Virus record (IMG/VR): IMGVR_UViG_3300028394_000038
Strand: one strand, 5' to 3'
DNA from: a virus
Length of the DNA stretch: 64,000 bases
Within the stretch, counting starts at the first letter, position 1, and every line of letters starts with the position of its first letter. Shown here piece after piece: positions 36,418-51,400 of the stretch. The translations under genes and the position numbers were made by a program. Below the pieces are notes generated by a model. The model searched no databases, had not been told where the DNA came from, and saw nothing but the letters and a program-made list of their open reading frames with translations.

Positions 36418-39400
36418 TTATACTTTATTCTTATCTGGTAGCAGAGCGTAAGTTGCTCTAATAAATTTAGCCGGGTCGGATCCAGAATCAGCTAAACTAA
36501 CACCATTTGTAGTCCATGCTTGACCTATGCGCTTTTGAACTACAATATACTGCCCTGCTTCCGGTACTTCAGTTAAACGAATTTGCATTGGCTGCTGGTT
36601 TGTTGCAGAAGTTACTGAAAATTCAGCTTCGTATTGTACATCTCCGCTAGGACTATCTGGCCCTAGATTAGGATTCCAAATAGTATATGTTGTCTTACGC
36701 AGTCTACGGCCTGCAACAAATACTTCTACATCGTTACACTGATTAAATGCAGACGGTATTGTTTTCCTATACCAAGTGTTATCAACAACAGGAACAGTTA
36801 GTTTAAAGTCTAACTGTATTTTCAAATACTTGATTGCTTTAGCAATTACTCGGCTAGTTGGTGTTTGATTGTTAATATTAAAAATTAACTCTCCTGCTGT
36901 ATTTGCAGTTGTTGCAGTTACCGTAAATGTTGTTAAACTATCTATTGATGTTATAATGGCCAGTGTGCCAAAGTTTCCTATTCCAGAAACTTTGCTAACA
37001 ATTTGTCCTACTTTTAGACCGCTGGTAGCATTAGGAATTGTTATGCCATTTTTTACATAAGATCCAGTTAATGTGACCGTAGATACTAAACCAGCAGTAC
37101 TAACTATTCCCGGAACAGTTATAGTTTTTACATCCTCTGTTCCAGTAAACTCTATTGCTCCGTAGGTATTTGCAGTAGTTGACTTAATAGTAATTTGTGT
37201 GTCACTATTAACTTCAGTGATTACTGTTAGGCCGCCAATTGCGCCAATGCCGCTGATTTTAGATAATACCATACCAACACGTAATGTGCTATTAGCATTT
37301 GATAATCCGGTAATTGTAGTAGTTAAACTTGTACCAGTTACTGTTCCTGTTAGTGTAGTTGTTGTAAATCTTGGTAGCGATGTAATTGGAGGATTATATA
37401 TGATTAAATCGTATGCTCCAACAGATTTTGCGGGAGTTACAAAAGTTAATTTTGTATCGCTTATTCTGTTAACTACACAATCAACATCACCGACAAATAC
37501 CTTAACATTGATTTTAAAACCAGTACCGGTAACTGTTACTGTTTGACTTCCTGATAAATCGGCTGTTTGATCTTCTCCAGGAAATACTATTGATGTTACT
37601 GTTAGTCCAGGAGAATTTGTATAAATGCTTGCGCCATTAGTATACCCGTCCGATACTGTTACTGACGAAATAAATTCATCTTTGTAAGGAACCGATTGAA
37701 TAATACTTTGATCTCTTACTAGAGTACCTTCAGCATGAATATCTTTAATGCCTGTACCTAAAGTACCGCGTTTTAATTGTCGAATAATATTACCATCTTT
37801 TCTTAGATACTCAATACGTTCTCCGTCAATAAAAATTACACCAGGTTTATTTAATCTAGCACTAGGTTCTGGCAATACTGATCCGTCAACTAACTCTATA
37901 ACATTGTCATAATAATTTAATGTTTTAGATAATGTAGTCGACGATGCGTCATCAATTCTTGAATAAGAATTCTTATTCAACATGTCTTTAAATATTTTAT
38001 ATCCAAAACTACTTTTTGTTATTTTATTACTAAATGCAATTATATCTACAATATCAGTTTCTAAGAAAACTCTAGTTGGCGTAAAGCTAATATAGTTCAT
38101 ATTACTCTCTAGAGCATAGTCAACATTAGGTGTTAATAGTTTTCTGTTTAACGTGATCCACACATACTGAGATCCAATTGCAGGTCTACGTAATTTAATT
38201 CTACCGCCGGCTAATTGATTGTATCGATAGTATTCTGTTGCTCCGGGAACTAAAGCTGATGCAGAAGTAGTCTTATCGTGCTCGCGTTCAATTTCAAGTA
38301 TATCATGATTACTAAAAGTAATCACTGTAATCACTGTGTTAGGAGCATATGTTCCAATTACTTCAATGGATAAATTATTATCTGTAGAAATTATATTATA
38401 GTCAGAATTTGCAACTATTGATAATGAAATTTTATCTCCGGTTTTTGCAACACCTTTTTTAACTTTAAGTTGGTTGTTTACCGGAATCCAAAAGTAATCA
38501 ACACCCTGTACAATATTTACGCCGTTAACTGCTACAATAACTGTGCTACTGTCTACAGTATTAAATGCATATTTTGAACTGTCAACAGTATATGTTCTGC
38601 TTGTGCCTGCTACTATAAAATAGAAAGTATCAGCTGGTCTTAAAATACTGCCGTTAGTTACTACTAATACATTATTAGCTAAAGGTTTAGCAAATTCTGG
38701 ATTACGAGTTAATTCGTAAATTGTATCAATACCGTTATGTACAATTGTTTGTTTTTGTACTTTACTAATAGAGTCAACTGCTGATCCTAGAATTGTATAG
38801 TTGATAATTGCACCAGCTGGCGGTGCAACTTCAAAACGTATACCAATAGTTCCAACTAGTGTATATTGACTGTCTGTTTTAAATGTTGTCACTGCTGTAG
38901 CTTCGCCGTCTACGGTAACAAACGCAGTAGTTTCAGTAGTCCATCTTGCAGTCGATACAAATTCAGTGGTAGTTCCGTCGGCAGTAAAGTAATCTAAATC
39001 TAGAATATTTAAACCGTTTTGACTAATACTAGTTATAACAACTTCTAATCCCGGTGCATAACTAGTAGTTAATTCTATTTGTTGGCTAGCAAAATTAACT
39101 GTATAATTTACATTTTGTTTGATAATATTTCCATCAACTTTTACAATAACAGAAGTCGATGTTCCTGGGCGTTGGCCAATGTCAAATATATTATCGTCTG
39201 CTGTTAGATACTGCACGGTATTAATAATAGGGGCTCCGTCACCAATCTTATGGTATACTGTAATATCAACAGTATCTACTACTTGACCAGTAACTACTTC
39301 TTCAGGTGCATGACTTGATGTTGGAGTAACAAATCCGTCACCGTCAACGTTAATATCTTCAGCCGCTAATCCAGTGGCACTTACATAAGCAAAATCTCCA

Positions 39401-42400
39401 CCAAATATTTGAGTATCATATTGAATATCACTAGGTTTAAAACTGCCGTCACTTGTATTCTTTCTTAGAATAATACTATCGCCTGCTTGGATGTCTGCGG
39501 CAAATGTTGCTGTAAATGTTGCATGGTTAGGAATTACAATAGGTCCAGTGCTTACACCGTCACCAATGAAGGAATTCATAATAGCATCTTGATTAACAAT
39601 ACTTGGGAAGTTTTCAATTTCGTGTTGTACGGTATTAATTTTTCCGTTAATAGTAACTGTAGCTCCGGGAGTTATTACTCCGGCTGTTGTTACAATATCA
39701 AATCTATCATTTCCAGTAGCCAATGCTTTAGCATAAGTGCTAGTTAAACGTACACTAGTGTTGTTTATAACTTCGCCTATATAATAAGTTGTTCCAGAAA
39801 CATATCCTTGGATTGATCCGTGACTTAATGTTCCTGTTATTCTAATACTTTGGCCAACTAATCTTACTCCGCTCGGTAAAATTAATCTTCCAAAAATATC
39901 AAATATTTGTACAGAAGCAATGTTGCTTGTTATATCATATGCGGCTATGAGGCTAGAACCGTTGGCAATTAATGCAATTGCATTATCTCTAGCATACTGA
40001 GCAGTGACTGCATCTTGTTCAGTAACAACATAATCTGAATTTAAATTATCATAGATTGATTGTTTAGCATCTCTCACTTCTTGTGCATGAGATATTATTT
40101 GTGGATCACCAAGAACAATTGCATTATCTAATGCAATTTGCGCTTGAAGCAATATTGCTTCAGCGGCAGTTCTAGCATCAAATAACAACTGAAGCTGACT
40201 AGTTAAGTCAGCAAGTAATGCAATGTTAAAATCTTTATCTTCTTGTGCTGTAGCTAAATTAGTTGCAATAGTTAGTTTTTCATTTTTAACAGCAACTAGT
40301 CTATCTAGCAATGGTTTAACTACAATATAATTAGGATCGTCTAATCGTCTATTGAATGTTTCTGTTGTTCTAAATGAGTATACACCAGATGCTGCCTGCA
40401 CTAATGCTTTAGTCAAAGTTATTTTAGCGCCAACAATATCCGAGACTGTGGTATTTGATTGTATACCAATTCCTGAAACTGATTGTCCTTTTTTAATTCC
40501 GTTAGCATTGGTAACAGATAAAGATGAACTATCAACATTGCCTGTTCCTAACGGCGTTGCAGTAATATAACTTCGATTGCCGGTCCAGTATACGTTAATA
40601 TATTCAATTTCAGTAGGAGCATAATTTAATGTAAACGATCTAGCAATACCATCACTCTTAATTAAGAAATCAGTAAAATCGGGATCAAACTGATCGTAAC
40701 CTGTAGTAAACCACGGTAATGCATCATAGCCAGATCCAACATCAAATCCAATGCCAGTGATCTCAACGCCACCGTAATCTACACCTTGCATTAACTGTCC
40801 TAGATCGCGCCCTAATTGGCCTGCGGCCGGGTTATAAAAATAATTAATTCTATCGGCAGCATCTAATAAGTTGATATTTTTATGATATTCAATAACAACT
40901 TTAGATAAGTTTGCAGGTGCTGAATTAAATTGCAATATTCCTTTATAACGGTCATATGAGTAACTTGGATCAAGTTCGTTGAATACTATGTAATCAGCTC
41001 CTAATATTTCTCCATTATTATCAGACACTGTAGTACGTGTTTTGATAACATCAACTGGCCAAGCTAATTCAAATCTAGTTTTAGAACCGCTAGCAATAAA
41101 TGTTTCTTTAGCTACAATTGATCCAAATGTATATTCCGGTGATACTCTATCAAATTTGATACCAATCTTTGTAGATCGTACCAAGCTATTAGATAATATA
41201 GCCACTGCTCTAGCAGGAGTGCCGCCGTCATTAATTGACCCATTTATTTTGATAATAGGAGTAACTAAGAAGTTTTCTCCGAACGGATCGTTAATAACAA
41301 TAGTAGAAACTCTGCCAGACGATAGATATGCTTTTGCAGTAATAGTAGAAGGTGCTGGCTCAATTGTTACAACAGGAGCAGTTATATAACCAGAGCCGCC
41401 ATCTACTATTCGTATTTCTGTTAAATTAAATCCTGCGCTGTATAACCAATCGCTGTATGGATATTGTTTAATATCATTACTGCTGTATGTTAATATACCA
41501 TCCGAAATACTAGTTTGAAACGGTATCACACTATTAGTAGTTTGATCATATTTTGGAGGTAAGTCAAAGTCAGATATTTGGCTTCCGGTTGGTTCAAAAA
41601 TTTCATATGTACTAACAAATTCACGAATTTTACTTCTGTAAGGTTTAGCCTCATTGATATATTCTTGATAGCTAGGTAAGTTGTCGTTTTGATATGTTGG
41701 TTTTTGTTTTAACGGTCCAAGATTATGTTTTGATCTTACAAAACTTGTTTTAAATGCCCAATCAATTGATTTCTGTTCACTAAATGCATATCTTAAACTA
41801 GCAAAGAATAATTCTTTATATTCTTTTGCTAAATTATCAACAAAAATTATGTTCTTGATTGTGTCAAGGATAATTGTTAATTCAGTCTTTGGTTGATCAT
41901 CGAACACAAACGAATCAAAAGTTGGTCCGTCAAACCCTTCTGCATTTTCTGCAAAACGATATAAACTATCAGTAAATTTAATTGTACCAGATTGTCGTCC
42001 TACAGTTTTATAATTAACTGTTGTTTCAAGAACATTTTGATTGTCAACTTTTTCTAATAGTACCCATCCGCCAATACCTTGATTATTAACTTTTACTATT
42101 TCGCCAATTTCAATATTAGCACTAGGTAGTTGATAAGCAAAATCAACTATATGATCTAGTTTAGTAAACTCGCTGTAACCTGCAGAGTACCAGTCAATGT
42201 ATTTCCAATAACGAGTAGTATCATATGTTTGAGTACGTTCTCTAAACCAAGTTTTCTTTAAAGAATTCCATGTATACAACGACCATCTATTATTTGCAGT
42301 TTCGTCTTTAGTGACTAATACAGATAGTGTACGTACAGACAGCGTAGTTGATTCAAGATATCCGATACCAGGTTTATCAACTGTTGCTGAAATAATTTGT

Positions 42401-45400
42401 CCTTTTGAACCAAGTACGGTGGTAATTTTTGCTCCGGTACCTATTCCATTAATTGTTACTAATGGCGGATTGATATAACCCTTTCCTGAAGTTACAATAA
42501 CAACTCTAACAAGTTTTCCGTTTTCAATTACAGGAGATAGTACTGCTCTAACAATTTCGTTTGTTCCTACAAATCTAATTTGACTGTAAGAACTAATTTC
42601 ATAATCATACTTGCCCGATCCTAGACTTGGTAATTCGTCTTTAGAATTTAAACTAGTAAGATCAACATCATCTATAATAGATTGTGTTGCTATTACAGAA
42701 TTAACACGTTCAACAAACTGTTTAAGTGCTTCAATCCTATTAACAAACATGCTTTGTCTTGGGCGACTTTGAATTCCGTATTTTAATTTAACTGGAAGTT
42801 TTGAGTCAGGGACTTCATTACCTAAACTATCAAATCCGGACAAACTGTCAATCCATTTTTGTTCAACATACTTGTTAATTGGTTTGTCAATATCGCTTGT
42901 AGATAATAATTGATAGTGGCTATGAATATTTGATTGTTCAAAATTATCAATAATCCAGTATCGAACATTTAACGCTACTTTCCTACTGGCAATTAGATCC
43001 TTACAATTAACTAGTGAGAACTGATTTGCGCCGTGGAACGATATGTAGCTGACTCCCATATTTTTAGGGTTGCTAATATAATTTGCAACATCTCTAGCAG
43101 AAACTGTTCTGCCGTCTACATCAGGCACTGTAACTTTATTTTTAACCCAGAAATAGTATATATTTTTAAATGTTTTACTAATTGTGTCAAATGTTTTACT
43201 AACGCTGTATGAAGTGCTTTTGTATTTGCTAACACCACTAATGCCAAGAGTCAACCCTGCTTCAGTATCGGCTAGTTTATCCCACTCAGCGGGAGTGTAT
43301 TCGCTTTCAACCCATTCGTATACATTTACTAATTGATTTTCAAATAAAGTGTTCCAAGAGTTGGCTTTATACAATACAGGACCCTGGTTAGGATCAATAA
43401 ATTTAGCACTACTTAAATCCCACCATAGATGTCCAACATGTTTTTCTTTCCAATACATTAGAGGATCAACTACGACCGTATCATCTCCGACAGAATAAGT
43501 TGCAGGGTCGTAATATGTTTTAAATTTTAATTCATCTTCAGCAATGCTTAAAATTTTACCTTGCAATGGATCTACAATATCAAGATACGTAACTATACTA
43601 CTGTCTTCAATGTCATATAAGAATACAGATTTAATTTTATCTATATTAACTAATTGCCCCGGTGTTCTAAATTTATACCAAGATTTGTTTTCAGAATAAA
43701 ATTCGTGTATTGCACCAGTTAATGTATTGTAATCACTAATGTATACTCTATCAGACATAGCAATAGCAGAGCCATAATTAGAACCAACTGCAACACCAAC
43801 GTCTAAACTGTCAGAGAAAATAAATTTATTTTCATAGTGATCATATAACATTACACTACCAGATCCTAATTCAGTTTCTAAAAACGTAGTAGCATCTAGA
43901 TCAAAGACAGTTTTATTATTATCAAACTTTGTGTGTGCTAATTGTCGACCGCCTGCACTGGTAATTGCCAACTGATCACCAACTGTATTAAATTTAACAG
44001 TTGATCCAAAATACTCACTGCCTCTATTATAAGGATTACTTAATTGCTCTTTGAGTACATATTCTCCAGGAGTATATGCTTCCTTAACATTAACAACAAG
44101 AGTAGCAGTAGCATCGTCATAAGAAGTTACAACTCCAACCATATAATTAGACAAGTCATGTGTAATAGTAACACGTTGTAATTCTAAAATATTTAAAGGC
44201 TTTGGAATAGTTACAGACACCGGATTAGAATTATAATTTGTACCTCTAGTTAATAATTCTCCAGCAACTACTGCTCCTGTAGTTGGATTAACCTGTGTAA
44301 CCTTGTAAGTTGCTTTGCCGTCGCCGCCAGAAATATAAACAATATCATCTACCGCGTATTTAGAACCTGCATTAGCAATTCCCGGATTTGCTCTTAAAGT
44401 ACCAAAAGTTGCTACCGCATTTAATAATAAACCTGTACCGCTTTTACGTACAGTAAATGTTTTTGTTCCAGGTTCAATTGTTATTTTGGTTGTACTAGAA
44501 GTTGTTACTCCCGGTAATGTAACAGTCCATGCAGTAAATGCAGAAGGAATATTATAGTATACCGAAACTGCGCCTTCATTTAAATGTACATTAGAATATG
44601 TTGGCGATCCGATTGCTAGTTTGCCGCCGTCTTTAGATACTGCAATAGTAGAGCCAAAACTAGATTTTGCTGGTAATGGAGATTCTATAGTTTGTACATC
44701 TTTATTAAATTCATAATTATTAGAATAATTCCATATACGAATTGTATCATTGCCTCGAGATAAATTGTTGCTAAAAGAAAGGATAACGTTTCCGTTAGCG
44801 GCCACTGACATGTCTAGCAAGTCATGCCCTAATGTAAACACTACTGGTGCTCCAACTGTCGCGCTACTGCTAACAAACGCAGGATCAAGTGCATTTGCTA
44901 CAAGTTTTGAAATATAGTAAACAGTTAAAGATGGTGCAACAGTTGCAGAGCCTTTTGATGCTACAAATAATTTGTCTCCAACTACTGCTACCTTCTGACC
45001 AAAAAATTGATTATTTGTTTTAGTAGGTGCGGTTACTAAATTTGAAAATACATAATATCCGTTGGCGTTTCGTGTATATAAAACCACGTATCCGTGATTA
45101 GCATATACTGGCATTGCTCCTGAACGATTTTCTAACACAAAAGTTGGGCCGCCCTGAGTCTCTGATATTGTAAAACGTATTGGGTCTATAATTTGTGACA
45201 CATAATATGTTTTGCCAGCAACTATAGTACCAAGTGTAGTATTTGAAAATACAATTGGGCCGTTGATAATAAAATTAGCAGTAGTGCCAGCCGATAATAC
45301 TAGCCTGTTACCATTTGATGTAGTTGTTCCTACAACTAATGGTGCGGCATTTGCCGCAGGAGCACCTGCTGCCAAGAAAGCTCCGTCACTTCTTACGGAC

Positions 45401-48400
45401 GTTGACGAAGCAAAAGAATTATTTGTTAATAATATTGTTGGATTAGGATTATTTGCATCCTGTGTAGTAACCGGACTTAGCTCTTCTCTGTACGCCCAAT
45501 TAGACTTAGCAGTAGGTCTAGTATAATATAGCATACTGTTTTCTATTGAGACTATCATTACTGTACTAGCTTCATTTACAGATACATTAATACCAAACTT
45601 TGTTTTGTTATTTGAAACTGTTGTTAAATTATACTCGTTTTGATATTTCCAAACTGTCCATTGATTGTCAACTCCGTCGACCCATACTAGATCACCGTTT
45701 TTCTTTGAAGCTATTCCTAGATTATTAATAATCTCAATTGACGGTACTCGCACTGATACAAACTTATATAAATTCAAAGTTAACCCAACAGTATCTGCTG
45801 TGTTAAGTATTTTTGGTTTATCAAATTCAATATAGTCAACTCCGACCGCGGTGACTTTATAAAATCCTTCTAACGTTGCTATAGAATTATTAATGCCAAT
45901 ATAACTGTCAACATTAATATCAGTGTCAACAACCCTGTTTAGTGTGATTCGAATAGTATTTTGTATAATTGAAACTTTTCTAACTAAGTTTTCAAATAAT
46001 GTAAATCTATAAACATTCCAAGTATTTTTATCGCTAGCAATCCAGAAATAATATCCGTCATTTAATTTGTTTATATTGACAGAAAATATTTCTTCTATAG
46101 TGTTTAATTTGTATTCAACATCTTCAGCATTAACATATCCCGCAGTTGATACATAATAATTTGACAACTGATGTGTTTCAAATGGGCTGTGTGAATATGT
46201 TTTACTCTTTAAGTAAACTTGGTCAGGTAAAATTCTATAAACAAAATCTAATAAAGAATTATCAATAGATTTTACCAGCTCAACTGGTTGAGGATTAATT
46301 AAAAATTTAACCTCGTCCAGTCTAAACTCAACTTCATCAAAGCCGGCATTGGCTCCGTACTGTCCAACACGGATTGCCCACTCTTCATAAAACTCTAAAC
46401 TTTCTTTAGTGCTAGTACTTAGAGCATCAAACAATTTAGCAAAACTATTTTCAGTGCCTTTTTCAGTAATGAATCCTTGATAGAACTTGTATTGGCTTAC
46501 ATCATCGTTAATGATATTTTCAAGATACTGACGCTTTTGGTAGCCAATAAGATGCTGTGCAAATTTTTGCTGGTTTAAATCAAAACTATCAGTATCTAAG
46601 TCGTAGAAATCAGGAAACTGATTGGCTCGATAGTCCCAGTTAGGAATTAACTTAGGTTCTGGTCTAGCTTCTAATTTATTCCATTCAGAGTAGTCAAACG
46701 TTTCGCTGCCTGGAACATTAGCCTTTGCACTATAATAAAATTCTTTGTACTTAACAGTATCACCTAATTTATAATCAGTCCATACTTTCCAAAATTTAAC
46801 TATTGCACGATCGTAAATAAATCCAGGAATATCAAAATCGCCATTCCAGTTAGTTGTTCTATAACCAACCACTTTGATACGTTCTTGTCTATATCCTTGT
46901 ATCTGATCATAAATCACATCATTGAATATAGTAGTGTTATCTAAAATTAATACGTGTTCTTTTTGTACTAAATTTAAAGTAGCATGATATATACCATCAG
47001 CAGTATTTTTAGGTGATAGTGTGAATAGGTTACCTTCTCTAGTATTACCTGTATACAATGAAGACAGCGCCGCACCGTCTTGTTTTAATATTGAATACTC
47101 ATAAAAATTGTCATATATATTGTCAACTACAGAATATTTTTGATTAAATTTAACTTCTTCAGCACACGGGCTTACACTTATTACTGCGCCGAGTGACCAA
47201 TTTTGTGTAGTCCAAAATGCAAATTCTTTTGCACTAGTTTGAAAATCTGTTATTGTTCTGATGGTAGAATTAAAATTTTCAAATAGCATGCCGATTGATT
47301 TTAAATAAGCACCGTAGCCTAATAGAAAATCAACTACTTCTTGAATAGTTCGTAACTCAGCACCATAATGTAATGTAGAAACTGTATCATTAAATTTTGT
47401 TCTAATAACAATTTGTCTACCGCCAGTTAACGGCAACGACGGCAACTTAGCAAAATATTTTATTTCAAATACTGATGATGCTTGATGTGATACTGTTGCT
47501 CTATAATATTGATTATTAAAAAATACAATTTTATCTTTAGTATAATACTGATTAGCAATCCAAGTAGTAAAACTAGCAGATACACCGCCTACATTAATTT
47601 CAGCGTCATTATTAATAATTAATGGTTTGAAATATTTAAATGCTGGTAAAAATTTATTATAACCTCTAATAATAAATCCGGTTGTTGCTTTTTCTATAAT
47701 TACTGCGCTATAATCAACAGACGACACTGGACTGCTGGTATTAAGTATAATATTATAATTTTCTTCAGGAATGAACACATTGCCTGTGTTTAAAGGATTA
47801 CGACTATCTAATATTAATTTAAATTTTTCTTTAGTAGTAAATCCACCAAGTTTACTTGATAAGCGAACTATTAAATTTGTTAATTCGTTTTTATAAACAG
47901 GAATTTCTGAAAGAGACTGTCTTCCAATAATATAATCAGTAATATAGTTTATTAAGCCAGCAGTATATACTCTTGATGTACTATCTGCGGTGCTAGGAGT
48001 AATTAAATTGGTAACATTAAATCTTAAATTTCCGTTAGTAACTTTATAAACTAATTGATTTGTATCATCTCTGTATTGTCGAACACGATCAAAACAGCTG
48101 GAAAATACTTGCGCAGGTCGTAGTATAGTTAACGCTGTTATTAAAGAAAATGGATATTCTGCACTACGTCTCCATGCTGATTCGACAGGAGCTTGGTCTC
48201 CAAACCTAAACTCTCCTTCAATTAATGAAGATGTGTAGCCGTCAATAATACCAATATTGCTAGGTGCTAGTAGTTCGCCGTCTTCGTTTACCGGCAACAT
48301 TGATAACAACTGTGGTCTTACAAACTTAGTGTTCTTAACAAAATTAGTACTAGGATTTCTAATTATACCGGCAGCTAAATCATTCCATAGAATTAAGTTA

Positions 48401-51400
48401 TTGCTAGTATATGGTGCCGGACCGTAGGTAGTTTCCCACCATGTTGGTTTAATACTTAATCCTAGCATTTCCCAGGGATGTGTATGTGGTCGATCAGTAT
48501 CGTATACTAATTTAAATATACCTCTCCAAAATCCTGGAAGTTCTGTACCAGTAGATGATCTAAATTCTCGGTAGTTGTAGGTTTTTGGATTACTACGTAC
48601 AAAGAAAGAGTGTTTGGTATAATCATCAGCTATTAAATTTGACCAGTGCAAGAAATCTCCTGCCATAATGTTATTAATATCATCGAATGTTAGATCAGTA
48701 GTTCTATTGTACCCCGGAACAAAATCATAGATATCAAATAACTTTGTATCATATGCAATTTTAATATTGTTATAGATTCTACGTTCAAATTCTAATAATA
48801 AATCATCTCTAAAATCATTAAACGCAATAGTTATACTACCGTCGTGGCCTTGAATAACTTTAGTTGGATTTTGATAGGTAGTATCAATAAAAATCTGTGG
48901 TTCAAATTTAGGATACAATCCATATTTTGTCGGAGTTGGCGGCAAGAAACAGCCGTCCGTTTTTCCGTATTGAACAATTTTTAAATTGTCGCCAGACGCA
49001 ATTGTTGATAAGATTTTTACAAAATTAACGTCAATAAATTCATAATCTTTACCGTAAACTAATAGTTCGTCGTTTACGTAAACAAGTACAGCACGTTCAC
49101 TAACAGTGGTTAGATTAAAATCAAAAGTTAATGGATATTCAGTAATTGAGTTATCAATTATTTCTTGTTCAAAAATAAAATTAGGACCTGCAGGTATCAT
49201 GTCGCTTAGATAATACGGACTATCTTTTGTAAAGTCCTTAACCACTTCTTTTAAAATTAAATCTAAGTGAATTCTTGTTACGCCATCATATCCGTAATCA
49301 GTTGCTTTGCGTAATACATTTCTTTTGAATTTTGCATAATCAAGTCTGGCTGTTTTTAATGCATTAATTACATTATAATTTTTATTAGTAATATGATATG
49401 CTATAGGTAACAGTGGTGCAGAATGTTGCACAATCTTTGTTCCTAACGGAGTAATATTTCCTAAATCTCGAAGACTAGCAGAGCCAGGGATTGTACCAAT
49501 AAACTTGTCAATATTGTCTGCAATTGAACTTACATGATTATTAATTTCACCTAGAGTAAAAGTGTCTAAATTTAAATTTTGAGGATTGTGTTCTAGATTA
49601 GAAGGAAATTCAAAATAGCCATTAATTTTTGGTGCGGAAGAATTTGTTTTAACTATTAATACATCATCAACAGATAAATCTTTAAAGAATTCAACATAGG
49701 CTTTCTTATTAATAACAGTGATTGTATAATCAGTATCGTATTTTCTATGTCCGTTTAGATATACTTTAACTGTTAAATCAGTTAATAGGCCACTGTCTGC
49801 GTATACATCAATTAAAAACATATTACGTACTTGATCAATTACATATTGTCTAACAACAAATTGTTTAGTTTTTGTATTAGCAATAGTCCACCCATTGGCG
49901 TGATCATAAGAAGTTAACGTATTATTAATACGCAGGTAACCAAGTTCTATATCAATCGGTTCTACTAGATTTGTACTGCTTTGATAGGTATGTTTGTCAG
50001 TATGAAGATTAAAATTGAAAACAATGTCTCCAAAGTTGCCAATATTTCTATATGTAATATCAAACCCTAATTCAGTATCGTATGTGGTGCCTGTTTGATA
50101 ACTGAATATTTTTGTTCCTTTAAATGTAGTACCAGGATACTTTGTTGTATTTCCATAACTAGTTCCTGTAGGGTCAACTACTTCAAATAATGGGCTTTGA
50201 TTTATAGTAGTCTTGTCTTGGCTTTGCATCCATGTACCGTCCATGTAATGGAACATGGTACCTCTATAACTACTTCCTTCTGTTACTAGAACAGTTTCGC
50301 CGGCTTGTGGGTCAGTATCATCTGTAGGCAATAGTGTAATTCTGCGTTGTCCCAAATGTGTTATAAAACTTACTGTAAATATTCTTCCTGAAACTCTAAT
50401 GTCAGTGTCTGCGGTAAACAATACACGCATACCTTCAACTAGATTAACCTTATCAATATTATATCCGTAACTACCTTCAATTGTAGAAAATACATCTTCA
50501 GTAAATGTATCAACTAAAGTTACATTTTTTTTAGCAATTCGACCAAAATTCCATAATTGAACATTTGAGTTAAATTCAATGATTGGGCGTTTAGCTCTTG
50601 CATTCTGATCTAAAATTAACGGTTGATTATTTGCTGATGCTGATGCTTCAATTAAATTTCTGTGAAACCATCGATTATGACGACTCCAGGGATTTCTATC
50701 TGCACTGCTTCTATTAATAACAATATAATCTTTGCTTGCAGGGAAATTATTGTTTACGTCAAATCCTTGTGTATCAAAATTTTCATTATCAAATTCAATT
50801 TCTAAATCAGAAGTATATGCTGACGGTGTTTCAAGATCTTTTTCTGCTACTAGTCTAATTGCAACACCAACACCTTCAACGTACCAATTACCAGTTGCAT
50901 ATATTGACGGAGTTACTTGTCCAGAAAAAGACAACTTCATTCCGTTAGATAATGTAGTTCCGCTACCGGTAGTATAATATTTTTTACCTATAATTTCACT
51001 ATCAATTTCTATGTGTGTCGAGTCAGTAATATTAAAAATTGTAAAATATCCTGAAGTGTTTATATCAGTTTCGCTAACATAATACAAAATATTAGGAGCA
51101 TCTAATGGTACTGTAAATTCAATAGACCCTTTCTTAACATGGGTGGTAGAAGGAACAATTACATTTTTATTATTTCTTATTGTAATTCCATTAGTATATA
51201 AATCTGCATCACCTATTGTTCTAACTGTCTTAAATGCAAACGGACGGTCTTCGCAATCTATTTCAAAAGTATATGTTTGTCCTCGATACAATTTAAATTT
51301 AGGATTTGCTGTTAGTCCATCAGGGGTAAACAAATAAGAAATATTATCAACTTCGTCAACTAACTTAACAGTATATGTACTATTAATTTCTGTTGACTGT

